Counted from the first letter of the stretch, positions 1 through 11,534 are shown. The stretch: DNA of 64,000 nucleotides from Deltaproteobacteria bacterium (GCA_003647275.1 QMMN01000007.1:6830-70829); one strand, 5' to 3'. Numbers and translations are program-made. The notes: generated from the sequence alone by a model not told the origin.

Positions 1-48
1 TAAACCCTTACCAAATAAGGGCTCGCATTTGCTATGTGACACTCAGTG

Positions 49-276
49 TCATAAATTTCGGTAGTTCTTCTCGATAAACTCATGAATATCTTTCATCTTG
101 AACCGGACAAGATTTCGACGTTTCTTTGTTCCCTCCCCAGGACATGGAATCCTCACGCAGGGTAAGCGCCCCTGATCTGCCAGCTTGTAAACCAGTGGGA
201 GGCTTACCTTGAGCATCCGCTTTACATCCTTGGCGTCCACCAAAGAGTCAATGTGGTTTTGTCCGGTCATGTCCAA
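49..276 (-). CDS. Excisionase/AlpA-family helix-turn-helix DNA-binding protein
   Basis: 75 aa. The segment VKRMLKVSLPLVYKLADQGRLPCVRI fits the excisionase-type HTH pattern. It is the last gene of the element module. A palindrome TGACAC-N3-GTGTCA (37-51) overlaps its stop codon. Confidence 0.55.
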   Translation of the reverse strand: MDMTGQNHIDSLVDAKDVKRMLKVSLPLVYKLADQGRLPCVRIPCPGEGTKKRRNLVRFKMKDIHEFIEKNYRNL

Positions 277-372
277 TAAAAATTAATTCAATGTGTGCGT
301 TACCAGAATCCCCATAAATTTACCCACCACCAACCCGCGCTCCGGCTGGGGCAAGAGCGCACACCAAAACTA

Positions 373-1110
373 TCAAAGGTCTGAAAGCTCATCCTTCCAG
401 GTTTTCAATTTACTTGTTTCCGTTGTTTGGTTCCTGATAATCCCGTAAAGATAGTCTTCGCGCTTGCCTTGAGAAGCATAGTCTTTGTCCAGGTAAATTT
501 TAATTCCCGCCTCCACCTGTCCAACAGGGTATCGGTCCCACTTCCGCAGTTGAGCAACCAAAACGCTGTCAGCCACCTTGCCACTCTTGCGGGTTGAACG
601 TATCGCATCAAAGGCTCGGTCTATTAGTTCCTGGTCATCATATCTTTTCCTTAAGGATGAAAAAACTTCGGGGGTTATTTCTTCTTGATTGTTCTTGTTT
701 GTGTTCATTTGATGTTCACCCTGTTGTTCACTTCGCTGTTCACTTCCTTGATATGTCGGCCAGTTACTCACGGTAATTATTGAAAATTTTGTACAAGTTT
801 TGATGTTCAAATTTTCTGTTTTTTCTAAAGTTTTTAACCATCGATATAGCGTTATCGCTGTAGGCTTGAGTTTGCGGCTATATTTGTTCTTGATGTGGCC
901 TTGGTGATACTCGTAATGCAGGGAATCACGACCTGTTATGAATTGACCTGGTTTCAAGTTCACAGGTTCTAATAATCCGGGGACTGACACCTCAATCTCT
1001 TTATGGGTTGCCTTTGTCATGCAAAGTACCCACAACTTTAAAAGTCCTGGATGACTAAAAACATGGGAATCAATAATCTTACGATGTAGCTTTATCCATC
1101 CTCGGTCCAC
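373..1110 (-). CDS. Hypothetical protein of the element replication module (possible replication organiser; function not established)
   Basis: 245-aa ORF immediately downstream of the helicase gene. The N-terminus WIKLHRKIIDSHVF...LLKLWVLCM resembles phage replication-associated wHTH proteins from memory only. Confidence 0.4.
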   Translation of the reverse strand: MDRGWIKLHRKIIDSHVFSHPGLLKLWVLCMTKATHKEIEVSVPGLLEPVNLKPGQFITGRDSLHYEYHQGHIKNKYSRKLKPTAITLYRWLKTLEKTENLNIKTCTKFSIITVSNWPTYQGSEQRSEQQGEHQMNTNKNNQEEITPEVFSSLRKRYDDQELIDRAFDAIRSTRKSGKVADSVLVAQLRKWDRYPVGQVEAGIKIYLDKDYASQGKREDYLYGIIRNQTTETSKLKTWKDELSDL

Positions 1111-1128
1111 GTTCCCCAGCCTTCATGT

Positions 1129-2076
1129 TTAATCTTCTTCAACAATCTTTGTGAAATTGTCTGTAAATCTCAGTTTCTTCTTACCTGTCGGTCCGTGTCT
1201 GTTCTTGCGAATAGCACAAAGAAGAAGCTCCTTATCTTTCTGGTCTCGTTCGAGCCAAAGCCCCAAGTCACAGGCTGCTGCAATTTCACCTGCCCCTTTA
1301 TAGCCGATCACTTTAGAATCGGACCGGGCAGCCTCGTTTGACACCTGGGACATGGCGATAACACAGGTGTTAAGGTCCTTAGCCATTTTCTGAAGTTGGA
1401 TCGGAATAACAGACATCCGGTCATAAATACTGCCTTCGCCCTGCATATTCTGAAGGAAGTCCACAAAGACCACATCAAGGCCTGAAACTAACTTAATCGC
1501 CTTGCACCTGTCATTGATGCCCTGAAAGGTATACACATCGTCATAAATCCAGATGTTTTTTGTGTAGAAGTAATCAAGGGCCTCATCCACCTTGTTTTGA
1601 ATCTCGGGGCTGAACTTACCCCTAAAAATGCTTAACGAAGGAACAACCGTTCTGTTGGACATTAAACGGAGCAAGATGCTCTCAGCGCTCATTTCAGTGC
1701 TGAATATTGCAATTGTGATATTTGGGTTGTGTTCAAGGGCATTCACAATCAATTGAATCATTAATGCAGTCTTTCCATGGGAAGTGTAGCCCCCCACAAT
1801 CCAAAAGTGGGTCTTCAGAAAGCCCTGAATCGTGCTGTCCAAAAAACTAAACCCGGTCCGCTCACCTATCTTTTCTTGTTTTTTGTTTAGGTTGATTCTA
1901 TCGCTCAGACGAAAGGCCACCTGTTTGATTGTGGCGTCCTCAAGCCCTATGCTTGGCCTCTTCTTTTCAAGCACATACTCAGTCAACTTATCTTGCTCTG
2001 CTTCAAGTGCCTGCCCTAGTTGATTGTTACACATACAACTCGCTTCTGAATAGTTGGAGTTTTGCTTGATCGTCAT
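1129..2076 (-). CDS. DnaB-like helicase C-terminal-domain (RecA-fold) ATPase
   Basis: Walker A GGYTSHGKTALM, Walker B-like DVVFVDFLQNM, and C-terminal RKNRHGPTG (arginine-finger region). The true start may be the internal Met at about 2034, because the ORF overlaps the upstream gene. Confidence 0.7.
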   Translation of the reverse strand: MTIKQNSNYSEASCMCNNQLGQALEAEQDKLTEYVLEKKRPSIGLEDATIKQVAFRLSDRINLNKKQEKIGERTGFSFLDSTIQGFLKTHFWIVGGYTSHGKTALMIQLIVNALEHNPNITIAIFSTEMSAESILLRLMSNRTVVPSLSIFRGKFSPEIQNKVDEALDYFYTKNIWIYDDVYTFQGINDRCKAIKLVSGLDVVFVDFLQNMQGEGSIYDRMSVIPIQLQKMAKDLNTCVIAMSQVSNEAARSDSKVIGYKGAGEIAAACDLGLWLERDQKDKELLLCAIRKNRHGPTGKKKLRFTDNFTKIVEED

Positions 2077-2566
2077 TTCCTGCCAGTATGTCTAGGTGGT
2101 GCTCATAAACGGCAAGATCGTGATAGCGTTCGCCATACGTCTCAAGGTCTTCTGGGCTATTGATCTCACCAAGGACTTTCCTGCAAGCTCGGCAAAAGGT
2201 TGCCACTTGGTCCGTTGCCTCGATTTCCCATCTCCTGAAGGCTTCAATCAATTTACGCCGGTGCTGCAATGTTTTGACCTTTTGGCATTGCTCACGGGTC
2301 AAGGGTCCTCGGTCAACGCCCAAAATTTTGAGAGCCTCTTTGAATGTGTAACCATGCAGTCTTTGAATGAAGTCTATGGCGTCCCCATGTTCGCCACATC
2401 CAAAGCAGTGAAAATGCCCATCAGGAAACACAGTGAAAGACGGAGTCTCATCGGCGTGAAAAGGACACAACCCCACGTGCCGGTTACCGGACCGTTTCAA
2501 CTCCACTCCTGCGGCTTCCGCGACGGAAACAAGGTCAACGGAATCTCTAATTACTGATACATCCAT
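2027..2566 (-). CDS. CHC2 zinc-finger (DnaG-type primase N-terminal finger) protein; no TOPRIM domain evident
   Basis: CPFHADETPSFTVFPDGHFHCFGCGEHGDAIDFI is the canonical CHC2 primase zinc-finger signature. At 179 aa the protein is too short for a full primase. Confidence 0.75.
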   Translation of the reverse strand: MDVSVIRDSVDLVSVAEAAGVELKRSGNRHVGLCPFHADETPSFTVFPDGHFHCFGCGEHGDAIDFIQRLHGYTFKEALKILGVDRGPLTREQCQKVKTLQHRRKLIEAFRRWEIEATDQVATFCRACRKVLGEINSPEDLETYGERYHDLAVYEHHLDILAGNDDQAKLQLFRSELYV

Positions 2567-2567
2567 T

Positions 2568-2783
2568 TCAGCCTACCACCCCTACCTCGTTGCCATTTTG
2601 AAAAGCGGGGAAAAAGTCTGCAGGATTCACCCTGAAAACCTCCGCGATTTTCTTGGCCTCCTCTATCTTAGGAGGAATTCCTCGTTCGATTAAACTAACC
2701 CGCCATTGTGGGATGCCGGTCTTTAAAAACAAATCGGTTTGACTCATGCCCCTTTTAATTCGTTCGAGTCGCATTTTAGTCAT
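2568..2783 (-). CDS. XRE-family helix-turn-helix transcriptional regulator
   Basis: 71 aa. MSQTDLFLKTGIPQWRVSLIERG fits the Cro/CI-type HTH. Its stop lies 1 nt from the primase-finger start. Confidence 0.7.
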   Translation of the reverse strand: MTKMRLERIKRGMSQTDLFLKTGIPQWRVSLIERGIPPKIEEAKKIAEVFRVNPADFFPAFQNGNEVGVVG

Positions 2784-3039
2784 TTCTAACCCTCCTCCTT
2801 TAAAATGATTGAACGCAAACCTTCCATCTGCTTTATTTATATTATCGGCATATTTAAGGCTAAGCCAAGCTAGCGCGTTGATAATTATGGAGAAATAATC
2901 TCCCTTAAACTTTCAGTTTTAAGCAGATTTTGTCCCTTTTTAGTGAAAACAAAATTATCGGGATAATAATCTGGATTTAATCACAGGGTGTTTTTTGATA
3001 GGGAAAGGTGGAAGGAATAGTCCTATAATGCAGAAAGGC

Positions 3040-3723
3040 CTACTTTGTGGAAATGTTGCGGGACCGTGCCAAACGCTTCTCGATAGTGGAAGCTTTAATG
3101 TTAAAACCAGTAAGAGAGTTTATAAGTTTTTCAATGTTCTTATAAATAGCTCTTTTTGAAAGGCCGTGGACATATTTTTGGAAGACATTAACCCAGCTAG
3201 GTATCAAATTTTTGTATAAGAGCGTCTCAAATAAAATACTACTCGGTCGGGCTTGTTTTCCCGGAAGTTGATAAATCTCCCTAGATATTAAAGGTCGAGT
3301 TTTTCCTTTTCGGGGCTTCATCAAAAAATCATAAACCTTCTTGTTACAGCGTTTCTCCCAGTCTAAGAAAAGCTTGTGGGTTTTTTGAAGCGCACTTTTA
3401 CGAACAACTTTATATATTATTAGAAAACTTTGCACCTCTTTATACGATCTTTTTAGTTCTTCAAATGCCTTTGCTTGCCTTCCTAGTAGCCCTGCTGGCG
3501 TTGTCACAAAACTATGAATAAAGGAATCTAACTCCATCACCAATTTCGTTATGAACCGATCAATATGTTGGCATGGTTTATAATCTGTCGCTGTTCTATA
3601 GGTTTTTATACCTAACGGATTCTTGTCCACATCGAATTTTATAATGCCGGAACTTATTATTATTTTCTTGCACTCTTCAACGGTAGATTCATCGAACAAT
3701 TTGCGTGATGGTGTGTTCCTCAT
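3040..3723 (-). CDS. Hypothetical protein (AT-rich orphan cargo gene)
   Basis: 227-aa ORF, Lys-rich and in very AT-rich DNA. I recognise no motif. Confidence 0.4.
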   Translation of the reverse strand: MRNTPSRKLFDESTVEECKKIIISSGIIKFDVDKNPLGIKTYRTATDYKPCQHIDRFITKLVMELDSFIHSFVTTPAGLLGRQAKAFEELKRSYKEVQSFLIIYKVVRKSALQKTHKLFLDWEKRCNKKVYDFLMKPRKGKTRPLISREIYQLPGKQARPSSILFETLLYKNLIPSWVNVFQKYVHGLSKRAIYKNIEKLINSLTGFNIKASTIEKRLARSRNISTK

Positions 3724-3928
3724 AGTGCCTCTCCAAAAGACAAAGATTCCACTTTAGGGTTTTTAGGGGGAAGGCCAGCAGTGGAGATACTGGCTTTTTG
3801 CCCGGCCCTGGCTATCCCCCACAACGAAAAATGTGACAAACTGTGACATGAATTACTTTTATTGCATTATTTGTTTCTATTGTATATAATCACAAAAATC
3901 AAGAAAGTTAAGAACTTGAGTAATTCTA

Positions 3929-4849
3929 GTGTCTTGCCAAATGCCTTCTAACCGGCCGTCATTTCAAGTGTATGGTCTGGGACAGTGTGCCCTGGACTAC
4001 ATTGGAAAAATAGACGCCTATCCCCCGCCTGATGTGAAGTGCGAGTTTTCTGACATGGTCATCCAGGGTGGCGGACCTGTGGCCACGGCCCTGGTGGCCC
4101 TTGCCAGATGGGGCCTGTCGTGTGTCTTTGCTGGCGTGCTTGGAGATGATCTGTTCAGTAGTATGATCAAGGCCTCTCTGGACGGGGAAGGAATCGATAC
4201 CAGCGGCGTGCTTGTCAGGAAGGGTTTTGACTCCCAGTTTGCCTTTATTGTGGCCGAACCGGGGGCGGGGAGGCGAACCATCTTTTGGCGAAGGCCCACG
4301 GGGCCGCCTCCAAGCCCTGATGAGATCAATTACAGCATCATCAGCCGAGCCAAGGTTGTTCTCACAGATGGGCTCTTTTTAGAGGCCGCCCTTGCCGCAT
4401 GCACGGCCGCCAGAAAAGCTGGGGGCCATGTGGTTGTGGATGCAGGTTCCCTTCGGGAAGGCATGCTTGATCTTGCCAGATTAAGCGATTATTTTATCGC
4501 ATCTGAAACCTTTGCCACAGCCCTTGTGGGAGACGACAAGCCGATGGAAGCTTGTAAGCGGCTCGCAGAACTTGGACCCCGGGTGGTGGGCGTCACACTG
4601 GGCCCAAGGGGTTATGTGGCCCTGGCTCAGGGAAAAGTCATTAAGAAATCCGCATACCCTGTCGAGGCCGTCGATACGACGGGCTGTGGCGATGTCTTTC
4701 ATGCCGGCTTCATCTATGGTCTGATCCAAGGGTGGGACATTGAGAAAAGCCTCGACTTTGCCGCCTGGGCGGCTGCCATGGTCAGCCGCAAACTGGGCGG
4801 GCGAGCCGGTATCCCCTCTCTTAAGGCGCTTTTGAAACATGGTTATTAA
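3929..4849 (+). CDS. PfkB-family carbohydrate (ribokinase-like) kinase
   Basis: C-terminal DTTGCGDVFHAGFIYG (PfkB signature 2) and N-terminal GLGQCALDYIG. The start may be GTG 3929 or ATG 3941. Confidence 0.8.
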   Translation: MSCQMPSNRPSFQVYGLGQCALDYIGKIDAYPPPDVKCEFSDMVIQGGGPVATALVALARWGLSCVFAGVLGDDLFSSMIKASLDGEGIDTSGVLVRKGFDSQFAFIVAEPGAGRRTIFWRRPTGPPPSPDEINYSIISRAKVVLTDGLFLEAALAACTAARKAGGHVVVDAGSLREGMLDLARLSDYFIASETFATALVGDDKPMEACKRLAELGPRVVGVTLGPRGYVALAQGKVIKKSAYPVEAVDTTGCGDVFHAGFIYGLIQGWDIEKSLDFAAWAAAMVSRKLGGRAGIPSLKALLKHGY

Positions 4850-4894
4850 ACCCGAATTTCGCAAGTATCGCAGGCTACTTATTACCACCAGGAG

Positions 4895-5008
4895 GTGAGG
4901 GAAACCGCTGAACGCAGGCCCACAGCCATTTCCACCCAGTACAACAGCACGCCAGGTAAAGGCATTGGGGGCTGGAGTGAAGTGGTTTCCCTCACCGTAA
5001 TGGTGAAT
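4895..5008. repeat. Copy A of a ~115-nt hairpin element (second copy at 18940-19056)
   Basis: The 16-bp terminal helix GGTGAGGGAAACCGCT / AGTGGTTTCCCTCACC encloses the conserved blocks GCCATTTCCACC, TAAAGGC and TTGGGGGC. The conserved tail is AATGGTGAA. Confidence 0.7.
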
Positions 5009-5086
5009 ACCGAAACCATTGTGTGAGGCCCCAGGGTAGGACCAGCACTGAATCCGTGCAAAATTCAGTTTAATAGGGACATCTTT

Positions 5087-5761
5087 ATGTATCGTAAGCA
5101 GCTTGTAAGAATCTTGGTTTTCTTTGTTTTTGTATCAGGCACGCTGGCCATGGCTGGCCTGGCAGGTAATGAGCCTGCGGCCGTAAGACAGGTTGAGGAT
5201 TTTTCCAGGTTCAAGATCGGCACATTTCCTGAAGGCTGGAAATCCCGCGGCGGGGACGCATCCCAGGTGTACAGGGTCAGGGCAAACCAGGAAAGCTATC
5301 TTGAAGCAAAGGCGATCAATTCAGCCGTTACAATTGCCAAGGAATTTGAGTACGATCTTAGAGCATATCCTTTCCTGACATGGCAGTGGCGTGTGATTCA
5401 ATGCCCGAAAGGCGGCGATGAGAGATACAAGAAAACAGGCGACAGTGCGGCCGCCATCTACGTTATCTTCCCGGCCCTTTTCAGACCGAACAACATCAAG
5501 TATGTATGGAGTGCTTCCCTGCCCATCGGCACAACGACTGAGAGCCCGTATAGCAGCAAGACCAAGATCATAGTGCTCCGGAACCAGTCTTCGCCCCTTG
5601 GGACCTGGGTGTCCGAGAAGGTCAACGTTTACGAAGATTACAAGAGACTGTTCGGCCATGAGCCCGAACAGGTGAAAGCTATTGGACTCATGTCCGATTC
5701 AGACAACACCAAATCCAGAAGTGAGGCTCATTACAAAAAGATAAGTATAAGCAGACAATAG
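5087..5761 (+). CDS. Secreted DUF3047-like protein
   Basis: N-terminal signal-like hydrophobic segment. The motifs PFLTWQWRV and GDSAAAIYVIF match my memory of the DUF3047 family. Not verified. Confidence 0.5.
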   Translation: MYRKQLVRILVFFVFVSGTLAMAGLAGNEPAAVRQVEDFSRFKIGTFPEGWKSRGGDASQVYRVRANQESYLEAKAINSAVTIAKEFEYDLRAYPFLTWQWRVIQCPKGGDERYKKTGDSAAAIYVIFPALFRPNNIKYVWSASLPIGTTTESPYSSKTKIIVLRNQSSPLGTWVSEKVNVYEDYKRLFGHEPEQVKAIGLMSDSDNTKSRSEAHYKKISISRQ

Positions 5762-5944
5762 TCATGCATTCTCGCTGCCCTACAATACAAAGCATGTCTC
5801 AGCGCCCGCTTGTGCAGTTCAATGGGGCTTGCTGCAAAGCATCTAATCGTTTACATCTAAACATCTGCCATCAAACATCTCTGCGTTATTTATTGCAAAC
5901 AATCGTTATGCCCTTCTTAGTAAATAAGCGACCTTTGCAAGAAA

Positions 5945-7864
5945 CTATCTGTCCACAAAGGTCCTGTGCCATAATTCCAAAATAAGAAGCGACCAGAGTC
6001 GATCTCCGTGGTCAACCCCCCCCGCCATGTGTTCACGCACAAGGGTCCTGATGGCATCTTTCTTAAAGTACCCGCGGGATAGGGCCTGCTGGCCCAACAA
6101 AAGGTCCGCGGCATACGACTTCAGCTCATTTCGAAACCAGTAGCCAAGGGGAACACCAAAGCCCATCTTGGGCCGCTTCACGATCTTATGAGGGAGAAAG
6201 GGTTTTGCGACCTTTTTCAGGATATATTTTTTGGTCCAATGCCTCAGTCTTAAATGGACCGGGATCCTGGCCACATACTCCATCAGGTGATGGTCCAAAA
6301 AGGGTGATCTGGCCTCCAAGGAATTGGCCATAGAGGCGATATCAGCCTTAACCAGCAAATCATTAGCCAAATAAGAACGCATGTCAAAATCAAGGATCTT
6401 TTCAACTGGGTCATGAGCCGTGCTTTGTTCAAAAAGCGTCAAGATGACCTGGTAGGCATCCTTGTCCGAGACCGTGGTCCTAAAACCATTTGTGTAAATG
6501 TCGGATTTCAACCTCTTGTCAAAATGGCACACCCACTTGATATAATCCTCACCACAGGGGTATGCCATCCCTTCCAGGAAACGCTTCACGCGCCTGACTC
6601 GGTTGTGGATATCCGGGGATTCAGGCCACATTGTCAGCAGTTTCAATAGAAACGGGTTTAAGAATTTTAAGCTTTTTCGGTAGTATCTTCCATACTTGTA
6701 GGCTACATATCGATCATACCCAAAGAAGTTCTCGTCTCCGCCATCCCCGTTCAATGCCACAGTCACGTAATCTCTGGTCAGTCTTGAGACGCAATAGGTG
6801 GGAATAATCGAGGCGTCAGCAAAGGGTTCGCCCAACTGAAACACCAGATCTGGGAGTATATCCAGTGCATTTGGCCTTACCTTAAATTCGTGATGTTCGG
6901 TGCAGTACTTCCCAGCCACGACACGGGCATATGGTAATTCATTGTACGAACTCTCCTCAAAGCCGATTGAAAAGGTCCTGATCGGTTCTGGATGAATATC
7001 GCTCATGAGCGCCACGATAAGGCTGGAGTCTATGCCTCCGCTCAAAAAGGCCCCGAGAGGAACATCGCTAATCATCCTTAATTCGATCGATTCTCGCAGC
7101 TTCTCAAGTAAAGCCTCTGCGATCTCGGCCTCGCCGAGGTCCTCTAACTTGTTGTTATAGTCAAGCGCCCAGTACCGTTTTACCAACAGATTCCCCTTTT
7201 CCCATACGAGGAAGTGGGCGGGTGGAAGCTTTTTAATCGCTTTGAATGCAGTCAAGGGGGCAGGCACATACTGGTAGGTCAAGTAGAGATCTATGGCTGT
7301 ATGATCAATATCTCTTGGAACCGATGTATCCGCCAGAAGGGCACAAAGACTCGAGGCAAAGCTGAGGCTGCCATCTTTTCCAAGCGAATAAAACAGAGGC
7401 TTTTGCCCCAAACGGTCTCTGGCCAAAAAGAGTCTGTTTTTCTCTTCATCCCAAATCGCAAAGGCAAACATACCCCTGAGTCTGCTTAGGAACTCGGTCG
7501 AAAATTCTTGATATGCATAAAGAACAATTTCAGTATCTGTTCTGCTCTTGAATCTATAGCCCCTTGCTATCAGTTCTCGTCTGAGATCTTCGAAATTATA
7601 TACCTCGCCATTATAAACAATCCAAATCTTCCCGTCGCTGTTGCACATGGGCTGGCGGCCTGCCCGTGATAAATCAATGATACTCAACCTTCGATGACCC
7701 AGACCGACTGACACGCCGCCGCCCCTTTTTGACGTTGAACCCTGTTTGATATAGAGCCCATCATCATCCGGCCCTCTGTGTCTCATGGTCTCCCGCATGG
7801 ATAAGAGGATTTCCGGGTCGATCGGCTTCCCCTCGGGGTTGATATGCCCACAAATGCCGCACAT
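5945..7864 (-). CDS. asnB: Asparagine synthase (glutamine-hydrolysing)
   Basis: N-terminal MCGICG (Ntn Cys), a HRGPDD block, and the PP-loop SGGIDSS. 639 aa. Confidence 0.9.
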   Translation of the reverse strand: MCGICGHINPEGKPIDPEILLSMRETMRHRGPDDDGLYIKQGSTSKRGGGVSVGLGHRRLSIIDLSRAGRQPMCNSDGKIWIVYNGEVYNFEDLRRELIARGYRFKSRTDTEIVLYAYQEFSTEFLSRLRGMFAFAIWDEEKNRLFLARDRLGQKPLFYSLGKDGSLSFASSLCALLADTSVPRDIDHTAIDLYLTYQYVPAPLTAFKAIKKLPPAHFLVWEKGNLLVKRYWALDYNNKLEDLGEAEIAEALLEKLRESIELRMISDVPLGAFLSGGIDSSLIVALMSDIHPEPIRTFSIGFEESSYNELPYARVVAGKYCTEHHEFKVRPNALDILPDLVFQLGEPFADASIIPTYCVSRLTRDYVTVALNGDGGDENFFGYDRYVAYKYGRYYRKSLKFLNPFLLKLLTMWPESPDIHNRVRRVKRFLEGMAYPCGEDYIKWVCHFDKRLKSDIYTNGFRTTVSDKDAYQVILTLFEQSTAHDPVEKILDFDMRSYLANDLLVKADIASMANSLEARSPFLDHHLMEYVARIPVHLRLRHWTKKYILKKVAKPFLPHKIVKRPKMGFGVPLGYWFRNELKSYAADLLLGQQALSRGYFKKDAIRTLVREHMAGGVDHGDRLWSLLILELWHRTFVDR

Positions 7865-8097
7865 AATGCTCTAACTATCCAAGGACTTCGATTCAGGCGT
7901 GACGTATGACATGAATATCAAGGCCGGACTTATCGTACTGTTCAGCCCTCCTCCAGCTCAGAGGGCGTGATGGCAAAGCTTTTTAGAATACCTAGGACAT
8001 CGGTAAACCAGAACGGGATAAAACTGACATTCTTTTGACCACACGCAAAATATCCTCTTCTGTGTTACAAATCATCTCTGCCTTTCCTGTATGGGAT

Positions 8098-9621
8098 TCA
8101 TCGGTATAGGCGATAGTCGACGCCATATTTTTTTGCCTTATAAGCAAATTTGCGCTCGGTTGTGTGAAGCATCTTTGCGGCCTTTGCCATATTGCCCCGC
8201 GTGCTTTTCAGCGCATCAATAATGATCTCCCGCTCCAGATTCGCCACAGCCTCCTCTAATGACCGCCCAGGCAAGGTACCCGACTCCTCTGCCGTCTGCA
8301 CTGTCGGAGGCAAATGGTAGCTGTGGATCACGCCCTCGTCACAAAGCAGCACGACCCGCTCTATGCAGTTCTCAAGTTCTCGCACGTTCCCAGGCCAGTG
8401 GTACTGCATCAGCATGTCAATAGCCGGCGTCGAAAAACGGCGGATGTCCTTTTGGTTCTCCTTGGCGTATCGCTCTAAAAAGTAGTCCGCTAACAGCAAA
8501 ATATCAGTCTTGCGCTCCCTTAACGGGGGCATGTAAATGGGAAAAACATTCAACCGGTAATACAGGTCGCCACGAAAGCTCCCTTCCGCCACGGCCCGCT
8601 CTAAGTTCTTGTTCGTGGCCGCTATAATGCGAACATCCGCCTTAATGGTCTCATACCCCCCTACCCGCTCAAACTCCTTCTCCTGAAGAACCCGCAAAAG
8701 CTTCACTTGAATCTCCATGTCAACGGAACCAATCTCATCCAAAAAAATCGTCCCTTTGTTCGCCAATTCAAATTTTCCACGCTTTTGCCGAATCGCACCA
8801 GTAAAGGCCCCTTTCTCATGACCGAAAAGCTCGCTTTCAATAAGATTGGCAGGTAGTGCTGCACAGTTCACTTTCACAAACGGGGCATTTGCCCTCAGGC
8901 TGTTATAGTGAATGGCATTGGCTGCCAACTCCTTGCCCGTGCCGCTCTCACCCCGTATCAACACCGTGGCATTGCTCTTGGATACCTGGGAAATCATTTG
9001 AAACACATCCCGCATCTTGTTGCTGTTGCCTATGATATTGGTAATGCGGTACTTATTGGAAAGCTCCTGGCGAAGCCGCCTGTTCTCTTCCCTGAGCCGC
9101 TCCCTTTCAAGGTGGATCGTTTCAAGATTAATCACATGCTGGGCAATCATCGTGGCAATAATGGAAAGCAGCCGCTCCCCGTCCTTTAAGGCGTAAGACG
9201 CCTCATAGGGCCGATCAACACTCAGGGCCCCCACAACCTGACTCCCTTTTTTCACAGGAACGCATATAAAGGAAATCTCCTGGTCCGATACAGCCCTCCT
9301 GGTGGCCGTGCGGTTCAAAAACAAAGGCTCTTCGCTGATCCTCGGCACAACAATAGGCTTGCCTGTCTGGATCACCCGCCCGGTGATCCCCTCACCCATC
9401 TTATACTTACCCCTTTGCATGGCAGCCCTTGAAAGACCGTGCGCAACCTCAATGCTGATCTCATCCCTGAGGGGATTAAGAATGGTGATCGTCCCTCGCA
9501 CCATGTCCGTTGAATCGGAAAGAATGTCCAGAACCTTGTAAAGTGACTTCCTCAGATCCAAACTCATATTGAGGGCTTCGCTGATCTCATAAAGCAAACG
9601 GACTTCTTCAATCTTTCTCAT
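8098..9621 (-). CDS. Sigma-54-dependent transcriptional activator, GAF-AAA+-HTH (NifA-like architecture)
   Basis: N-terminal GAF-like domain of about 170 aa, Walker A GESGTGKE, the GAFTGA loop (HEKGAFTGA), ESELFGHE, and a C-terminal Fis-type [23 protein letters not shown]. Confidence 0.85.
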   Translation of the reverse strand: MRKIEEVRLLYEISEALNMSLDLRKSLYKVLDILSDSTDMVRGTITILNPLRDEISIEVAHGLSRAAMQRGKYKMGEGITGRVIQTGKPIVVPRISEEPLFLNRTATRRAVSDQEISFICVPVKKGSQVVGALSVDRPYEASYALKDGERLLSIIATMIAQHVINLETIHLERERLREENRRLRQELSNKYRITNIIGNSNKMRDVFQMISQVSKSNATVLIRGESGTGKELAANAIHYNSLRANAPFVKVNCAALPANLIESELFGHEKGAFTGAIRQKRGKFELANKGTIFLDEIGSVDMEIQVKLLRVLQEKEFERVGGYETIKADVRIIAATNKNLERAVAEGSFRGDLYYRLNVFPIYMPPLRERKTDILLLADYFLERYAKENQKDIRRFSTPAIDMLMQYHWPGNVRELENCIERVVLLCDEGVIHSYHLPPTVQTAEESGTLPGRSLEEAVANLEREIIIDALKSTRGNMAKAAKMLHTTERKFAYKAKKYGVDYRLYR

Positions 9622-9765
9622 CTGTCAACCCGAATCATGCGACGAAACATGAAATCCCTTCCTCACCCAAAAGGTAAAACGCAACACAAACAAAAGCAAC
9701 AACGTAAAAGGGGCGTCAGGCTTGTCTATTGGGGTACAATCTGGGACAAACGGATAGCGCAATTT

Positions 9766-11448
<1,683 letters not shown>

Positions 11449-11534
11449 TCACAATGTGTTGATGTATGATGCCCGATGCCTGATAACAAGTGAAATGTTT
11501 GTCGGACATCCGGCATCTGGGATCCGGCAACCGT

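Larger units (their letters stand above)
1..3800. mobile_element. Partial integrative/prophage-like element (regulation and replication module). The left end and any integrase lie outside the window.
   Basis: Six co-oriented minus-strand genes, five with phage/ICE-type functions (XRE, CHC2 primase finger, DnaB-like helicase, replication-organiser-like protein, excisionase). The region is visibly more AT-rich than the rest of the window, and housekeeping genes begin abruptly after about 3.8 kb. The right boundary is not marked by a clear repeat. Confidence 0.45.

Noticed and set aside
2096-2557. 153-aa plus-strand ORF in the mobile element
   Set aside because: It is antisense to the CHC2 zinc-finger gene, which has an unmistakable signature. 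The ORF has no motif or RBS of its own.
4895-5008. Possible cobalamin or other riboswitch (GGTGAGGGAAACC... resembles the start of B12 elements)
   Set aside because: It lacks the B12 box (GCCACTG) and other conserved cores. The second copy has the opposite orientation relative to its neighbouring genes, which does not fit a cis-acting 5' UTR element. It is kept as an unclassified repeat or possible RNA instead.
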